DNA of 64,000 nt from Spirochaetia bacterium (GCA_029880265.1 JAOUOT010000008.1:43311-107310); one strand, 5' to 3'. Positions 8,228 to 18,496 are shown, counted from the first letter of the stretch. The notes: generated by a model from the sequence alone, not told the origin. Numbers and translations: made by a program.

Positions 8228-10588
8228 TTGCATATTTTAAAGAAATTTTCAAATATTTTCAACGCGGTAATCGTCGCAATTGTTATTTCTTTTGGCGTTC
8301 AGTTATATTCGGGTATTGAAGTCGAAACAAACATATTAAAGCTTCTGCCAAAGACAGAACAAGATCAAATTATTGAAGATTCAGTTGAAAAATTTATCAA
8401 TCAGTTTTCTCAAAAAGTTCTTTTCTTGGTAAAGCATAAACAAGAGAAAAAAGCCGAAGAGGGGGCTTATGAATTTTTTAAGCGCCTCAAAGAAGAAAAT
8501 ATTTTTAAAACTCTTAAGCTGAAAATTGATTCAGATGAATTAAAATCATATTATAAATTTTATTTTCCCTATCGGTTTCAGCTTTTAGGCGGCGGCGAGC
8601 GCGAATTGTTCTCAAATGAAAAAAATATTGAGAAATTCTTAAGCGTGCATATGCAAAAATTATACAGCCCTATGGCGCTTACAAATTCGGCTATTTTAGA
8701 AAGCGACCCTTTCTTTTTGTTTATTTCATTTTTACAGGATCTGCCGCAACCCGCAAATCTTTTAAATCTTAATAACGGACTATTGAAAGCAAACGTCAAC
8801 GATTATCACTATGTGCTTTTATCGGCCGATATCGGTGTAGACCCCTTCTCGTCAAAAAGCGTTCAAATTGTAGAGGCCATAGATAAAGCAAAAAAAGAGA
8901 CAGCCGGCAAAATCTCTGAAATAGAATTTGTTTCTACAGGCATGGTTTTTCACGCCGATATGGGCGCAAAGCTTGCTAAAAGAGAAATATCGGTTATCGG
9001 CTTTGGCTCTATTCTGGGAATTATTTTGCTTTTTATGGCGACCTTTAGAAGTCTTTTTCCTTTGTTTTTAGGCATGGCTCCTATTGTGGTAGGTATGTTT
9101 TCGGCCTTTGTTTTAGGGAATCTGGTTTTTGAAAAAATGCATATGCTTACGCTGGTTTTTAGCGCGAGTTTAATAGGCATTTCAATCGACTATTCATTTC
9201 ATTATTTTTCTGATCAATTGCTTGAAAAGAAAAATTGGAACGCCGAAAAGGGATTAAAGAATATTTTTTCAGGAATAACTTTAGGGTTACTAACGACCGT
9301 AATAGGCTACTTCGGTCTTTTCTTTGCTCCTTTTCCCGGTTTGATACAGATGGCTTTTTTTTCGTCTGTCGGATTAATCGCGGCCTATCTGACGGTTGTT
9401 TTTTGGTTTCCGGTTTTTGTAAAAAAAACAAGCAATCATAAAGAGCCGTTTTTTTTAAGTCGTCTTGAAACATATTTTTCTATTTGGCGCTTAAAAAAAT
9501 TCTCTGAAGTTCGCGTTTTACTGTTCGTTTTAATACCGATAATCTTTGTTATCGGGTTTACAAACTTAAATGTACAAGACGATATTCGCAGTTTGCGTCC
9601 TGAAATAGATTTTTTTACCGAACAAGAAAATGAGTTCAAGCAGATAGCCGGTAGAATAGAAAACTCGCATTTTTTAATTGTTAAGGGAAAAAATGAAGAA
9701 CAAGCCATTCAAAGCGAAGAAGAAATCGCTCCAGAGCTAGAGAAGCTGATTGAAAGTAAAGATCTAGCGGGATATCAGGCTGTTTCAAAAGCGGTTCCTT
9801 CAATAAAAAGGCAGAAGCAGAATTTTAGTTTACTGTCGAATTTTTTTAATAAAAATAAATCGAGAATAAAAGAATATATGAACGATTTAGGGTTTTCAAA
9901 AAAATCTTTTGATTATCTGAAAACCATTTCAACTAAAAAAAATATAGAATATCTGACGACAGAAAAGTGGGTTTCTGATTTGCCGCAGCACTTTCTGCAA
10001 AATTTACAGATTGAAAAATCGAATCAGGCTTTTACTTCGGTAATACTATTAGAAAATCTTAAAAATTCTGAGATATTGTCGACTATTGTAAAAAAACATT
10101 CAAATATTACCTATGTCAACAAAGTTTCACAAATTTCAAATCTAATGAAAAAATATCGCAAAATGGCCGGAATTCTGGTTTGTATTTCATATATTTGTAT
10201 TTTTCTCTTTTTAATGGTTCGCTACGGTTTTATCAAATCGTTTTTAATAATGACGCCCCCTGTCATGGCCGCTTTATTGACGATAGGTCTCTTGGGAACA
10301 TTTTCGATAGATTTTAATTTATTTAATACTCTTGCTTTACTGCTTATCCTTGGAATAGGAATTGACTATACGTTATTTTTAGAAGAAGCGAAAGAGCAAA
10401 AAAGAGCTACAATGTTGGCAATTTTTCTTTCAGCCTTGACGACTTTACTATCGTTTGGTCTTCTCGCTTTAAGTAAAACGCCGGCTTTAAGTTCTTTTGG
10501 CCTGACAATATTAATGGGCATTAGTTTTGCGTTTTTATTGTCTCCTTTCTCTGTCGCTAAGATAAAAAAACAAAAAAAAGTATCTTAA
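8228..10588 (+). CDS. MMPL/RND-superfamily exporter (ApeM-like)
   Basis: 786 aa, two blocks of ~6 TM helices separated by large soluble loops; TTG start. Confidence 0.75.
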   Translation: MHILKKFSNIFNAVIVAIVISFGVQLYSGIEVETNILKLLPKTEQDQIIEDSVEKFINQFSQKVLFLVKHKQEKKAEEGAYEFFKRLKEENIFKTLKLKIDSDELKSYYKFYFPYRFQLLGGGERELFSNEKNIEKFLSVHMQKLYSPMALTNSAILESDPFFLFISFLQDLPQPANLLNLNNGLLKANVNDYHYVLLSADIGVDPFSSKSVQIVEAIDKAKKETAGKISEIEFVSTGMVFHADMGAKLAKREISVIGFGSILGIILLFMATFRSLFPLFLGMAPIVVGMFSAFVLGNLVFEKMHMLTLVFSASLIGISIDYSFHYFSDQLLEKKNWNAEKGLKNIFSGITLGLLTTVIGYFGLFFAPFPGLIQMAFFSSVGLIAAYLTVVFWFPVFVKKTSNHKEPFFLSRLETYFSIWRLKKFSEVRVLLFVLIPIIFVIGFTNLNVQDDIRSLRPEIDFFTEQENEFKQIAGRIENSHFLIVKGKNEEQAIQSEEEIAPELEKLIESKDLAGYQAVSKAVPSIKRQKQNFSLLSNFFNKNKSRIKEYMNDLGFSKKSFDYLKTISTKKNIEYLTTEKWVSDLPQHFLQNLQIEKSNQAFTSVILLENLKNSEILSTIVKKHSNITYVNKVSQISNLMKKYRKMAGILVCISYICIFLFLMVRYGFIKSFLIMTPPVMAALLTIGLLGTFSIDFNLFNTLALLLILGIGIDYTLFLEEAKEQKRATMLAIFLSALTTLLSFGLLALSKTPALSSFGLTILMGISFAFLLSPFSVAKIKKQKKVS

Positions 10589-11173
10589 ATGAGATTGTTA
10601 ACATTAGTAAATATAATTTTATTTTTGGGCTGTTCTGTAAATAAAAGCGCGGTACAGTCTGTTTATATAACACAAGATCAAAAATATTCTATCGCGAACC
10701 CCAGAGATTTAGGCGTTGAAATTACGGCGGCTCAAAGCTTTACGGGAAATTATCAAGATAAAGTATTTTCATTTCACTGCCATCTTGAAATTGATTCGAC
10801 CCAATTAACTGTTATCGGGCTTTCAGCAATAGGAAATAAAATATTTACCTTAAAACAAACCGACAAAAATATAGAGTTTGATATGGGCCCCATGGTAAGA
10901 ACTCCTTTTCGCCCTGAATATTTTTTAATGGATTTTCAACTGACTTATCTGCCCCTTTCTGTTTTAGAGAGCATATTTGATAATACCGAAATCAGATTTG
11001 AAGAAATAAAAAATACCGGTTTAACCAGAAATATCTACGACAAAGAAGAACTAATCGTTAAAATAAAATATGAAGGGCAAGATAAGTGGAACAGCAATTT
11101 AAGGTTTGAAAACCTGAAACGAAACTATTCTTTTACCATTGAGCCTGCCGAAGTAAAAATAAAAAATATTTGA
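10589..11173 (+). CDS. Lipoprotein (DUF3261/ApeN-like)
   Basis: Signal peptide plus canonical lipobox LFLGC; start abuts the exporter stop codon. Confidence 0.5.
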   Translation: MRLLTLVNIILFLGCSVNKSAVQSVYITQDQKYSIANPRDLGVEITAAQSFTGNYQDKVFSFHCHLEIDSTQLTVIGLSAIGNKIFTLKQTDKNIEFDMGPMVRTPFRPEYFLMDFQLTYLPLSVLESIFDNTEIRFEEIKNTGLTRNIYDKEELIVKIKYEGQDKWNSNLRFENLKRNYSFTIEPAEVKIKNI

Positions 11174-11182
11174 TTTATAAGA

Positions 11183-12376
11183 ATGAAAAAAACAAGAACA
11201 TTTTTAAATGCAATGGGTATGGTAAACGCTTTAGGCGCATCTGTTTCAGAGATAAGAGAAAAACTTTATCTTGGCTCTAACGATCACATACAAAAAGAAT
11301 CGAATTTTATACCAGATGAAACGGTTTGCGTCGCAAGAGTAACATCCGCTATGTCAGAAATACCTAAAGAACTATCTGAATACGATAGTCGCAATGACCG
11401 TCTTCTGATGACGGCTTATGAACAAATAAAAGATTCGGTACAGGCGCAAATTGAAAAATATGGGGCCCATCGCGTAGGGGTCGTCTTGGGGTCTAGTACA
11501 TCGGGAGTTTTAGAAACCGAAGAGGCTCTTAATGAAAGAAAATTAAAGGGTTCTTATTTAAAAGATTATAGTTATTTAAAACAAGAGATGGGAACGGTCA
11601 GCGAATTTATTGCTAAAGTATCAAAAGCCGAGGGAATTGCCTATACCATATCTACGGCATGCTCGTCTAGCGCGAAAGTATTCGGTTCGGCTAAAAGCTT
11701 AATTGAAATGGGTATCTGTGACGCTGTTATCACCGGCGGGGCAGACTCTTTATGTAAGCTTACGCTTAACGGATTTTGGTCTTTAGAATCTGTTTCAAAA
11801 GATAAGTGTAATCCTATGAGTAAAAACCGATCAGGCCTTACCATAGGAGAAGCGGCCGCTTTATTTGTTTTAACAAAAGACGAGTCTAAAATAGAGCTTT
11901 TAGGGGTAGGAGAATCTAGCGACGCTTATCATATATCGTCTCCCGAGCCTGAAGGTCTTGGGGTAGAGCAGGCGGTTAAAAAAGCGCTTGCCGACGCTTC
12001 TCTTAAACCCGAAGATATCGATTATATAAATTTGCACGGAACTGGCACCGAAAAAAACGATTCGATGGAAAGCAGGGCAATGAAAAGAATTTTCGGAAGC
12101 GAAACCCCGTGCAGCTCTACAAAATCTCTGGTGGGTCATACTTTAGGCGCGGCCGGCGCAACGGAAACCGGTTTTTTATGGCTTTCATTAGGCGACGAAG
12201 ACAGGCTGCCTCCTCATGTTTACGATAACGAGTATGACGACACTCTGCCTAAGATACGCCTTGTGTCTGTTAATGAAAAAATCGCAAAAAAAACAAACCG
12301 TCGATATATGAGCAACTCTTTCGCCTTCGGCGGAAACAATTGCTGCGTAATAATTGGAGAAAACAATGGAATTTAA
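11183..12376 (+). CDS. Beta-ketoacyl-ACP synthase (ApeO-like KS)
   Basis: Active-site Cys in ISTACSSS, His motifs HGTGT and GHTLGAAG. Confidence 0.9.
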   Translation: MKKTRTFLNAMGMVNALGASVSEIREKLYLGSNDHIQKESNFIPDETVCVARVTSAMSEIPKELSEYDSRNDRLLMTAYEQIKDSVQAQIEKYGAHRVGVVLGSSTSGVLETEEALNERKLKGSYLKDYSYLKQEMGTVSEFIAKVSKAEGIAYTISTACSSSAKVFGSAKSLIEMGICDAVITGGADSLCKLTLNGFWSLESVSKDKCNPMSKNRSGLTIGEAAALFVLTKDESKIELLGVGESSDAYHISSPEPEGLGVEQAVKKALADASLKPEDIDYINLHGTGTEKNDSMESRAMKRIFGSETPCSSTKSLVGHTLGAAGATETGFLWLSLGDEDRLPPHVYDNEYDDTLPKIRLVSVNEKIAKKTNRRYMSNSFAFGGNNCCVIIGENNGI

Positions 12377-12836
12377 TATAAAAGATTATACCGTCATAGA
12401 CTTGCTGCCGCACGACCCTCCGATGGTTGTTGTTGACGAGCTTGTTTCTTTTCAAGACGATTCGGCTGTCGGGGCGGTCGCAATAAATTCAGAATCCATG
12501 TTTTTAAACGAATCAGGAGAGGTTCCGAGCTGGGTGGGAATTGAATACATGGCCCAAACCATCGGGCTATATGTGGGAGCTTTGGCCAAAAAAAATAAGA
12601 AACCTATTAAGCTTGGTTTTTTACTGGGAACAAGACGTTATGAAGCATCTATACCCGCATTTAAAAAAGGGGTCAAATACAAAATAGAAGCAAAAGTATT
12701 GGTTCAAAAAGACGGTTTAGGAGCGTTTGAGTGCATTATTTTTAATGACAAGATGAATGAAAAACTAATTACTGCGCAAATAAATGTTTTTCGACCTGAG
12801 AATATTGAAGAATTTTTAGAACATTTTAAGAAATAA
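12354..12836 (+). CDS. Hotdog-fold 3-hydroxyacyl-ACP dehydratase (ApeP-like)
   Basis: 160 aa, LLPHDPPMVVVDELV N-terminal block; overlaps the KS gene by 23 nt. Confidence 0.6.
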   Translation: MEKTMEFNIKDYTVIDLLPHDPPMVVVDELVSFQDDSAVGAVAINSESMFLNESGEVPSWVGIEYMAQTIGLYVGALAKKNKKPIKLGFLLGTRRYEASIPAFKKGVKYKIEAKVLVQKDGLGAFECIIFNDKMNEKLITAQINVFRPENIEEFLEHFKK

Positions 12837-12837
12837 C

Positions 12838-13560
12838 ATGAAAAGAGTATTAGTAACAGGCTCTAGCAGGGGCATAGGCCGCGCTATCGCCGTAAGACTG
12901 GCTGAAGAAAAATTTGATGTCGTTCTACATTGTAGAAGCAATCTAAGCAAAGCGCAGGAAGTCGAAAAAGAAATCGCAGATTTAGGGCAAGATTGTAAGA
13001 TACTTCAATTTGATATATCAAATCGTGAACAGTGCAATGAAATAATCAGCAAAGATATTGAAGAAAACGGCGTTTATTTTGGGGTGGTGTGTAACGCTGG
13101 TATCGCCAGAGACAATCCTTTTCCCGCTTTAGAGGGCGACGAATGGGATGATGTAATTCATACTAATTTAGACGGTTTTTACAATGTGTTAAAGCCGGTT
13201 ATCATGCCTATGATTCAGAGCAAACAAGAAGGCCGAATTGTTACGCTTTCTTCTGTTTCGGGAATAGCGGGCAACCGCGGACAGGTTAATTACAGCGCGG
13301 CCAAAGCAGGCATTATCGGGGCGACAAAGGCTCTGGCCGTAGAATTGGCAAAACGTAAAATTACCGTAAACTGTATCGCCCCCGGTTTAATAGAAACAGA
13401 AATGATTGAAAGTGCGCCTGTCGAAGAAATAATAAAGCATATTCCGGCAAGACGTCTTGGCCAGCCCAAAGAGGTCGCCGCTTTAGCGGCATTTTTATTT
13501 TCAGACGAGGCGTCATATATAACGAAACAAGTCATATCTATCAATGGAGGAATAGTTTAA
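12838..13560 (+). CDS. 3-oxoacyl-ACP reductase, SDR family (ApeQ/FabG-like)
   Basis: TGSSRGIGRAIA cofactor motif, catalytic YSAAKAG, 240 aa. Confidence 0.9.
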   Translation: MKRVLVTGSSRGIGRAIAVRLAEEKFDVVLHCRSNLSKAQEVEKEIADLGQDCKILQFDISNREQCNEIISKDIEENGVYFGVVCNAGIARDNPFPALEGDEWDDVIHTNLDGFYNVLKPVIMPMIQSKQEGRIVTLSSVSGIAGNRGQVNYSAAKAGIIGATKALAVELAKRKITVNCIAPGLIETEMIESAPVEEIIKHIPARRLGQPKEVAALAAFLFSDEASYITKQVISINGGIV

Positions 13561-14786
13561 TGAAAAGGGTAGTTATTACAGGAATGGGAGGAGTCTCTCC
13601 TTTAGGAGATAATTGGGAAGACGTATTTAAAAATTTAAAAGCGAAAGAAAATAAAGTGGTACAGATGCCCGAGTGGGATAAATACAAGGGCTTAAATACA
13701 CGATTGGCGGTACCTGTTCCTTATTTTGAGACGCCCGAGCATTATACCCGAAAACAAATTCGAAGCATGGGAAGAGTCTCTTTATTGGCGACAAGAGCAA
13801 CAGAGCTTGCGCTTATAGACGCCAACCTTATTGATAATAAAGAGATTAAAGACGGCTCTATGGGAATCGCGTACGGCTCGTCTTCGGGAAGTCCCGACGC
13901 AATAGGCAATTTTATGATGATGCGAATTAACGGCGAAGTGAAAGGCGTAACGGCAAATACATATGTTCAATTGATGAGCCATACAGCGGCGGCTAATGTA
14001 GGCATATTTTTTAATCTAAAAGGCAGAATTATACCAACATGCAGCGCCTGTACATCGGGCAGCCAGGGAATAGGTTATGCGTATGAATCTGTCAAATTTG
14101 GCAGACAGGTAATGATGGTGGCGGGCGGCGCAGAAGAACTGTGCGCCACAGAAGCGGCAGTTTTTGATACTCTTTACGCCGCCAGTATAAAAAACGACAC
14201 GCCAAAGCTGACGCCAAGGCCTTACGACAGAGATAGAGACGGTCTGGTAGTAGGCGAAGGCGCGGGAACTATGGTCTTAGAAGAATTATCTCACGCCCAG
14301 GCTCGCGGAGCCCATATTTACGCAGAAATAATAGGCTATGGCACGAATTCTGACGGATATCACAGCACCCAGCCTATAGCAGAGACCATGCAAGGCGCAA
14401 TGAAGCTAAGTCTTGCCGACGCGAAATTAAAACCGGATGCAATCGGCTATATAAACGCTCACGCTACGTCAACTAGTGTCGGAGATGTAGCAGAGAGTCG
14501 CGCAACCAATGCTTTATTCGGAAATAAAATTCCTATCAGTTCTTTAAAAAGCTACATGGGTCATACCTTAGGGGCATGCGGAGCGTTAGAGGCATGGATG
14601 ACCATTCAAATGATGAACAATGACTGGTATTCTCCCACTATAAACCTTGACAACGTAGACGAAGAATGCGCCGAATTAGACTATATTATGGGCGACGGCA
14701 GAGAAATGCAAAATGAATATGTCATGACGAACAATTTTGCCTTCGGCGGAATCAATACATCTTTGATTTTCAAACGCTGGCGGTAA
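13560..14786 (+). CDS. Beta-ketoacyl-ACP synthase I/II-like (ApeR-like KS)
   Basis: Active-site Cys in CSACTSGS, HATST and GHTLGACG motifs, 408 aa. Confidence 0.9.
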   Translation: MKRVVITGMGGVSPLGDNWEDVFKNLKAKENKVVQMPEWDKYKGLNTRLAVPVPYFETPEHYTRKQIRSMGRVSLLATRATELALIDANLIDNKEIKDGSMGIAYGSSSGSPDAIGNFMMMRINGEVKGVTANTYVQLMSHTAAANVGIFFNLKGRIIPTCSACTSGSQGIGYAYESVKFGRQVMMVAGGAEELCATEAAVFDTLYAASIKNDTPKLTPRPYDRDRDGLVVGEGAGTMVLEELSHAQARGAHIYAEIIGYGTNSDGYHSTQPIAETMQGAMKLSLADAKLKPDAIGYINAHATSTSVGDVAESRATNALFGNKIPISSLKSYMGHTLGACGALEAWMTIQMMNNDWYSPTINLDNVDEECAELDYIMGDGREMQNEYVMTNNFAFGGINTSLIFKRWR

Positions 14787-16134
14787 ATATTTGTTGATTT
14801 TGAACCATGGCGTCAAGATTTTGATGCTGCCAAAGCGGACCTTTAAGCCCTAAGTGCCTTAGATAACGAAACATTTTATAGTTAAAGTTAATTCCTAATG
14901 TTGGTATTATCCATCGGGGGAACTTGTCTTTAAGTTCATACAATAAATCTTCAATCTCTTTTCGAAAAGCCCGTCTTTCCTGGGCCAAACTAGGCTCTAA
15001 CAGTTCATAGTCGTCTTTCCAAATCATAAGTATTACCGAAGCAGGATTCATCTCTATAATAAAATCAATAGTTCTTTTAACATGATCAAGCGTCTCAGTG
15101 GGCGTTCCCAGCATAAAGGTATGACAATCTTTTAATTGGTTTTTTTTGCATATTTGCGAAAGGTTAAGAATTTGCTTTGTATCAAAGCCTTTATTAAGCT
15201 TCTTTAAAATATCGTCGCAGCCAGAGTCGCTGCCGCACTCAAAACCGGCGCAGTTCGCCTTGACCATAAGTTCGGCCAGCTCTTCGTCAAAACCAATCGG
15301 GTTTACATAAGCTGTCCATGGGATATTAAAATTTCTGCTTATCATTTCTCTGCAGATATCTTTTGCGTGCTCTAAGGGCAGATTAAAGACAGAATCAACA
15401 ATGAAAAAATGAGCAATCTGCGGATTTTTATCAGCCGTATTTATCAATTCGTCTACTATCAGCTTTGCGTCTCTGGATCTTTTTTGTCTTCCCTCAATTA
15501 TGGGATATGTACAATGCTCGCATTTCAATGGACATCCCCGGTTTGTTTGAATTGAATCGGTGCCCGAAAATTCATAATATCGTTTATCTACCAGAGACTT
15601 GTCGGGAGCTTTTAATTCATTTAAATTCAAAAATTCTTTTTTAGTATTGCTATGAAGCTCATTATTTTCAAACCAGTGCAGGCAGTGAATATTATTCAGA
15701 TTTTCAAGTTCTTTTGACTCTATCGTGTTAAGCAATTCGGCAAAAGACTTTTCTCCTTCTCCCGATATGCCGTAATCTGGCCTTAATACGTTCATAAGTT
15801 TTTCGGGCATTACGCTGAAAGCCGAACCCCCTAAAATAATAACAGCTTTTGATATTTGACGAATACCCGAGATAGTATCTTTATAATAATTTATGTTTTC
15901 AGCCGAGTCTGTATATGTGCTATTTTGTAAATTACGAATGCCAATAGCTATAATGTCGGGCCTAAAATTTTCAATTTTCTGTTTGATATACTCAATTGGT
16001 TTTTTTTCAAAGCAAACGTCCCATAACTCTTTTTCATGATTTTGCGGGGTATTTGCCATTACATACAAAAGGCCCAAGGGCACGACAGGAGAAGGCATTT
16101 TTTCTTGATTTAATGAGATAAAAGCAATTTTCAT
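14770..16134 (-). CDS. B12-binding-domain radical SAM protein
   Basis: N-terminal B12-binding-like region (IAFISLN...PLGLLYV) and CX3CX2C cluster motif (GCPLKCEHCTYP); 454 aa. Confidence 0.75.
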   Translation of the reverse strand: MKIAFISLNQEKMPSPVVPLGLLYVMANTPQNHEKELWDVCFEKKPIEYIKQKIENFRPDIIAIGIRNLQNSTYTDSAENINYYKDTISGIRQISKAVIILGGSAFSVMPEKLMNVLRPDYGISGEGEKSFAELLNTIESKELENLNNIHCLHWFENNELHSNTKKEFLNLNELKAPDKSLVDKRYYEFSGTDSIQTNRGCPLKCEHCTYPIIEGRQKRSRDAKLIVDELINTADKNPQIAHFFIVDSVFNLPLEHAKDICREMISRNFNIPWTAYVNPIGFDEELAELMVKANCAGFECGSDSGCDDILKKLNKGFDTKQILNLSQICKKNQLKDCHTFMLGTPTETLDHVKRTIDFIIEMNPASVILMIWKDDYELLEPSLAQERRAFRKEIEDLLYELKDKFPRWIIPTLGINFNYKMFRYLRHLGLKGPLWQHQNLDAMVQNQQIFTASV

Positions 16135-16802
16135 TTTTTAAACTTTTCATGGGAGTAAAACGAATAGCCCACTCCAAGGGAATAATCGTTCCATCCTAAA
16201 TTTTTATCGGCGGTGTTGCCGTTAGATAAATGATGTATTTTAACGCCAAGCTGCAGATTATCTCCTAAAAATTTATAGCCTATGCCAAATTCTGAAAAGA
16301 AGTTAACCCTTGCCGAATTTTCGGGAAAATAACGCGAGTGCCATATAAGGCTTATTCCCAGTTCTACATAAACCCCGCTTTTATTTTGGCTATTGGTAAA
16401 ATAGCGGTTTGTAATGCCTCCCCCGAAACCGTAAATTAATTTATCTGAAAAATATAAAAACAAAGGGTAACCGCGAACTCCCATTGTAAACGGATGAAAA
16501 ATATTCCATTCATATTCAATTGTTCCGGTAATGTTTTGATTTTTCAATCTGACGCCCCGGCCCGAGAAAACGTCTGAAACCATGAGTTCTGTTTTTATTC
16601 GAGATTCGTCAAAATTTGATCTTATTAAAGCATAATTATTCTCGGCGTAAAATACTGAAAAAAATAAAATAGATACTATACAAAAATGATATAACCAATT
16701 TTGCCTTTTTCGCATAATCAAAACATATAATAAAAAGCGTATTGTTTTGTCAATCAATTGAGGGTGCGGATTAATAATAAATTTTCCATAAACAAAAGTC
16801 AC
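16131..16802 (-). CDS. Acyloxyacyl hydrolase / lipid A 3-O-deacylase (PagL)-like outer-membrane beta-barrel
   Basis: C-terminal HHLSNG motif and alternating beta-strand pattern ending in aromatic residues. The real start is probably the internal Met at 16715 (MRKRQNW plus signal peptide). Confidence 0.45.
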   Translation of the reverse strand: MTFVYGKFIINPHPQLIDKTIRFLLYVLIMRKRQNWLYHFCIVSILFFSVFYAENNYALIRSNFDESRIKTELMVSDVFSGRGVRLKNQNITGTIEYEWNIFHPFTMGVRGYPLFLYFSDKLIYGFGGGITNRYFTNSQNKSGVYVELGISLIWHSRYFPENSARVNFFSEFGIGYKFLGDNLQLGVKIHHLSNGNTADKNLGWNDYSLGVGYSFYSHEKFKK

Positions 16803-16931
16803 ATTTTCAATGTTTCATGTGGCTAAAGCCTTGACTGCGCGTGTTCGAAGGTGAATTAAAATTGAGCATTATTTTCTGAGATTATTGCGCCTTTTTTATA
16901 AGTTATTTTTTTAGAAAATATTTTTATATAA

Positions 16932-18329
16932 ATGTATACTCTTATAAATAGAGAAATATCAATGTCTACTTCTTCTATAAAATTAGATTACGGCAATTTA
17001 TTAAATATTTTAAGCGAAGAAGAAATATTTTCTATACAGCCGGCAATTAACGAATGTCATAATAAACTTTATAACCGAACAGGCTCAGGAAGCGACTATT
17101 TAGGCTGGGTAACTCTGCCGAAGAAAATCAGAGAAGATGAAATTTCAGAAATTCAATCTGCGGCAAATTTTATCAGAAATGAAGCTGAAGCGCTCATTGT
17201 AATAGGCATTGGCGGTTCTTATCTGGGCGCAAAAGCCGTTATAGAAGCATTAAGCCACTCTTTTTATAACAGTTTTTCAGAAAATCTTCAGGTTTTTTTT
17301 GCGGGACACCATCTTGATTCAAGATACCATACTCATCTTTTTCAATTTTTAGAGAATAAGAAATTCGCGATTATTGTAATTTCAAAATCGGGAACGACAA
17401 CGGAACCTGCAATTGCCTTCAGGTTTTTAAAAAACTTGCTTGAGAAAAAAATCGGGAAAGAAAAATCAAAAAATTATATTTTTACGGTAACCGACAAAGA
17501 CAAAGGAGCCTTAAAAAAACTCTCTATTCTCGAAGGTTATAAAAGTTTTGTCATACCCGATGACGTCGGCGGAAGATACTCTGTTTTCACGCCGGTAGGA
17601 CTTCTGCCCATAGCGGCCGCCGGTATTGATATTACCGAATTTATTAACGGAGCTATCTTTTCTCAAAATAGATACGAAATGCCTGAATTAGAGAATAATT
17701 CGGCCTATTTTTACGCCGCCTGCAGAAATTTGCTTTATCGAAAAAATAAAAAAATTGAAATCTTGATCAATTATTCGCCCGCCCTGCAGTATGTATCAGA
17801 ATGGTGGAGGCAGCTCTTCGGCGAAAGCGAGGGCAAAGACCATAAGGGGATTTTTCCGGCGTCATGCAGTTTTACAACCGATCTTCATTCAATGGGGCAA
17901 TGGATTCAAAACGGCGAAAGAACAATTTTTGAAACCATACTTGAAATTGAAAAATTATCAGAAATTTTAACCATTGAAGAAGACAACGGCAATCTTGATA
18001 ACCTGAATTTTCTTGTCGACAAAGATCTTGGTTACATAAACGGTCAGGCAATGCGGGCAACCGCTATGGCGCATCTTGAAGGCGGTGTTCCTAACATGAA
18101 AATTAAAATTCCCGAATTAAACGCCTTTCACATAGGCGGGCTCCTTTATTTTTTTGAAAAAGCGTGCGGTTTAAGCGGATATCTTCTTGGGGTAAATCCT
18201 TTTAATCAACCGGGAGTCGAAGACTATAAAAGAAATATGTTTGCATTACTGAAAAAGCCGGGATTCGAAAAAGAGAGAGAAGAACTTTTAAGCAAAATGC
18301 CAAAACCAGATGAAGAAAAAATTGTATAA
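16932..18329 (+). CDS. pgi: Glucose-6-phosphate isomerase
   Basis: GIGGSYLGAKA, SKSGTTTEP, GGRYSV and GESEGK blocks; start may be Met11 at 16962. Confidence 0.9.
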   Translation: MYTLINREISMSTSSIKLDYGNLLNILSEEEIFSIQPAINECHNKLYNRTGSGSDYLGWVTLPKKIREDEISEIQSAANFIRNEAEALIVIGIGGSYLGAKAVIEALSHSFYNSFSENLQVFFAGHHLDSRYHTHLFQFLENKKFAIIVISKSGTTTEPAIAFRFLKNLLEKKIGKEKSKNYIFTVTDKDKGALKKLSILEGYKSFVIPDDVGGRYSVFTPVGLLPIAAAGIDITEFINGAIFSQNRYEMPELENNSAYFYAACRNLLYRKNKKIEILINYSPALQYVSEWWRQLFGESEGKDHKGIFPASCSFTTDLHSMGQWIQNGERTIFETILEIEKLSEILTIEEDNGNLDNLNFLVDKDLGYINGQAMRATAMAHLEGGVPNMKIKIPELNAFHIGGLLYFFEKACGLSGYLLGVNPFNQPGVEDYKRNMFALLKKPGFEKEREELLSKMPKPDEEKIV

Positions 18330-18466
18330 TTATTGACTATTTTTCTTGTCGCTTTTGGCGCGCCTTTCTGGCAGAAAATTCTTAACGCGTTTTTCGCCGT
18401 CAAAACCGGTTTAAAAAAGGAAGAGTCTTAATTTTATGAATAACCCTGATTGAGGTATGAGTTAAT

Positions 18467-18496
18467 AAAAAAGCCCGCTTAAATGCGGGCTTTTTT
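18467..18496. terminator. Bidirectional rho-independent terminator between pgi and icd
   Basis: A6-GCCCGC-TTAAAT-GCGGGC-T6. Confidence 0.7.

Noticed and set aside
8578-9708. Cluster of minus- and plus-strand track ORFs (8578..8799, 8950..9180, 9159..9473, 9235..9441, 9436..9708) inside the MMPL exporter gene
   Set aside because: All lie within a 786-aa ORF that has a coherent two-times-six TM architecture. Their translations are low-complexity and lack start signals.
124-14786. Treating the 15-gene lipid/polyketide-like operon as the undescribed system
   Set aside because: Gene content and order match the well-described aryl-polyene/flexirubin cluster family. Only its variant features (ammonia-lyase, fusion, adjacent rSAM) are reported as findings.
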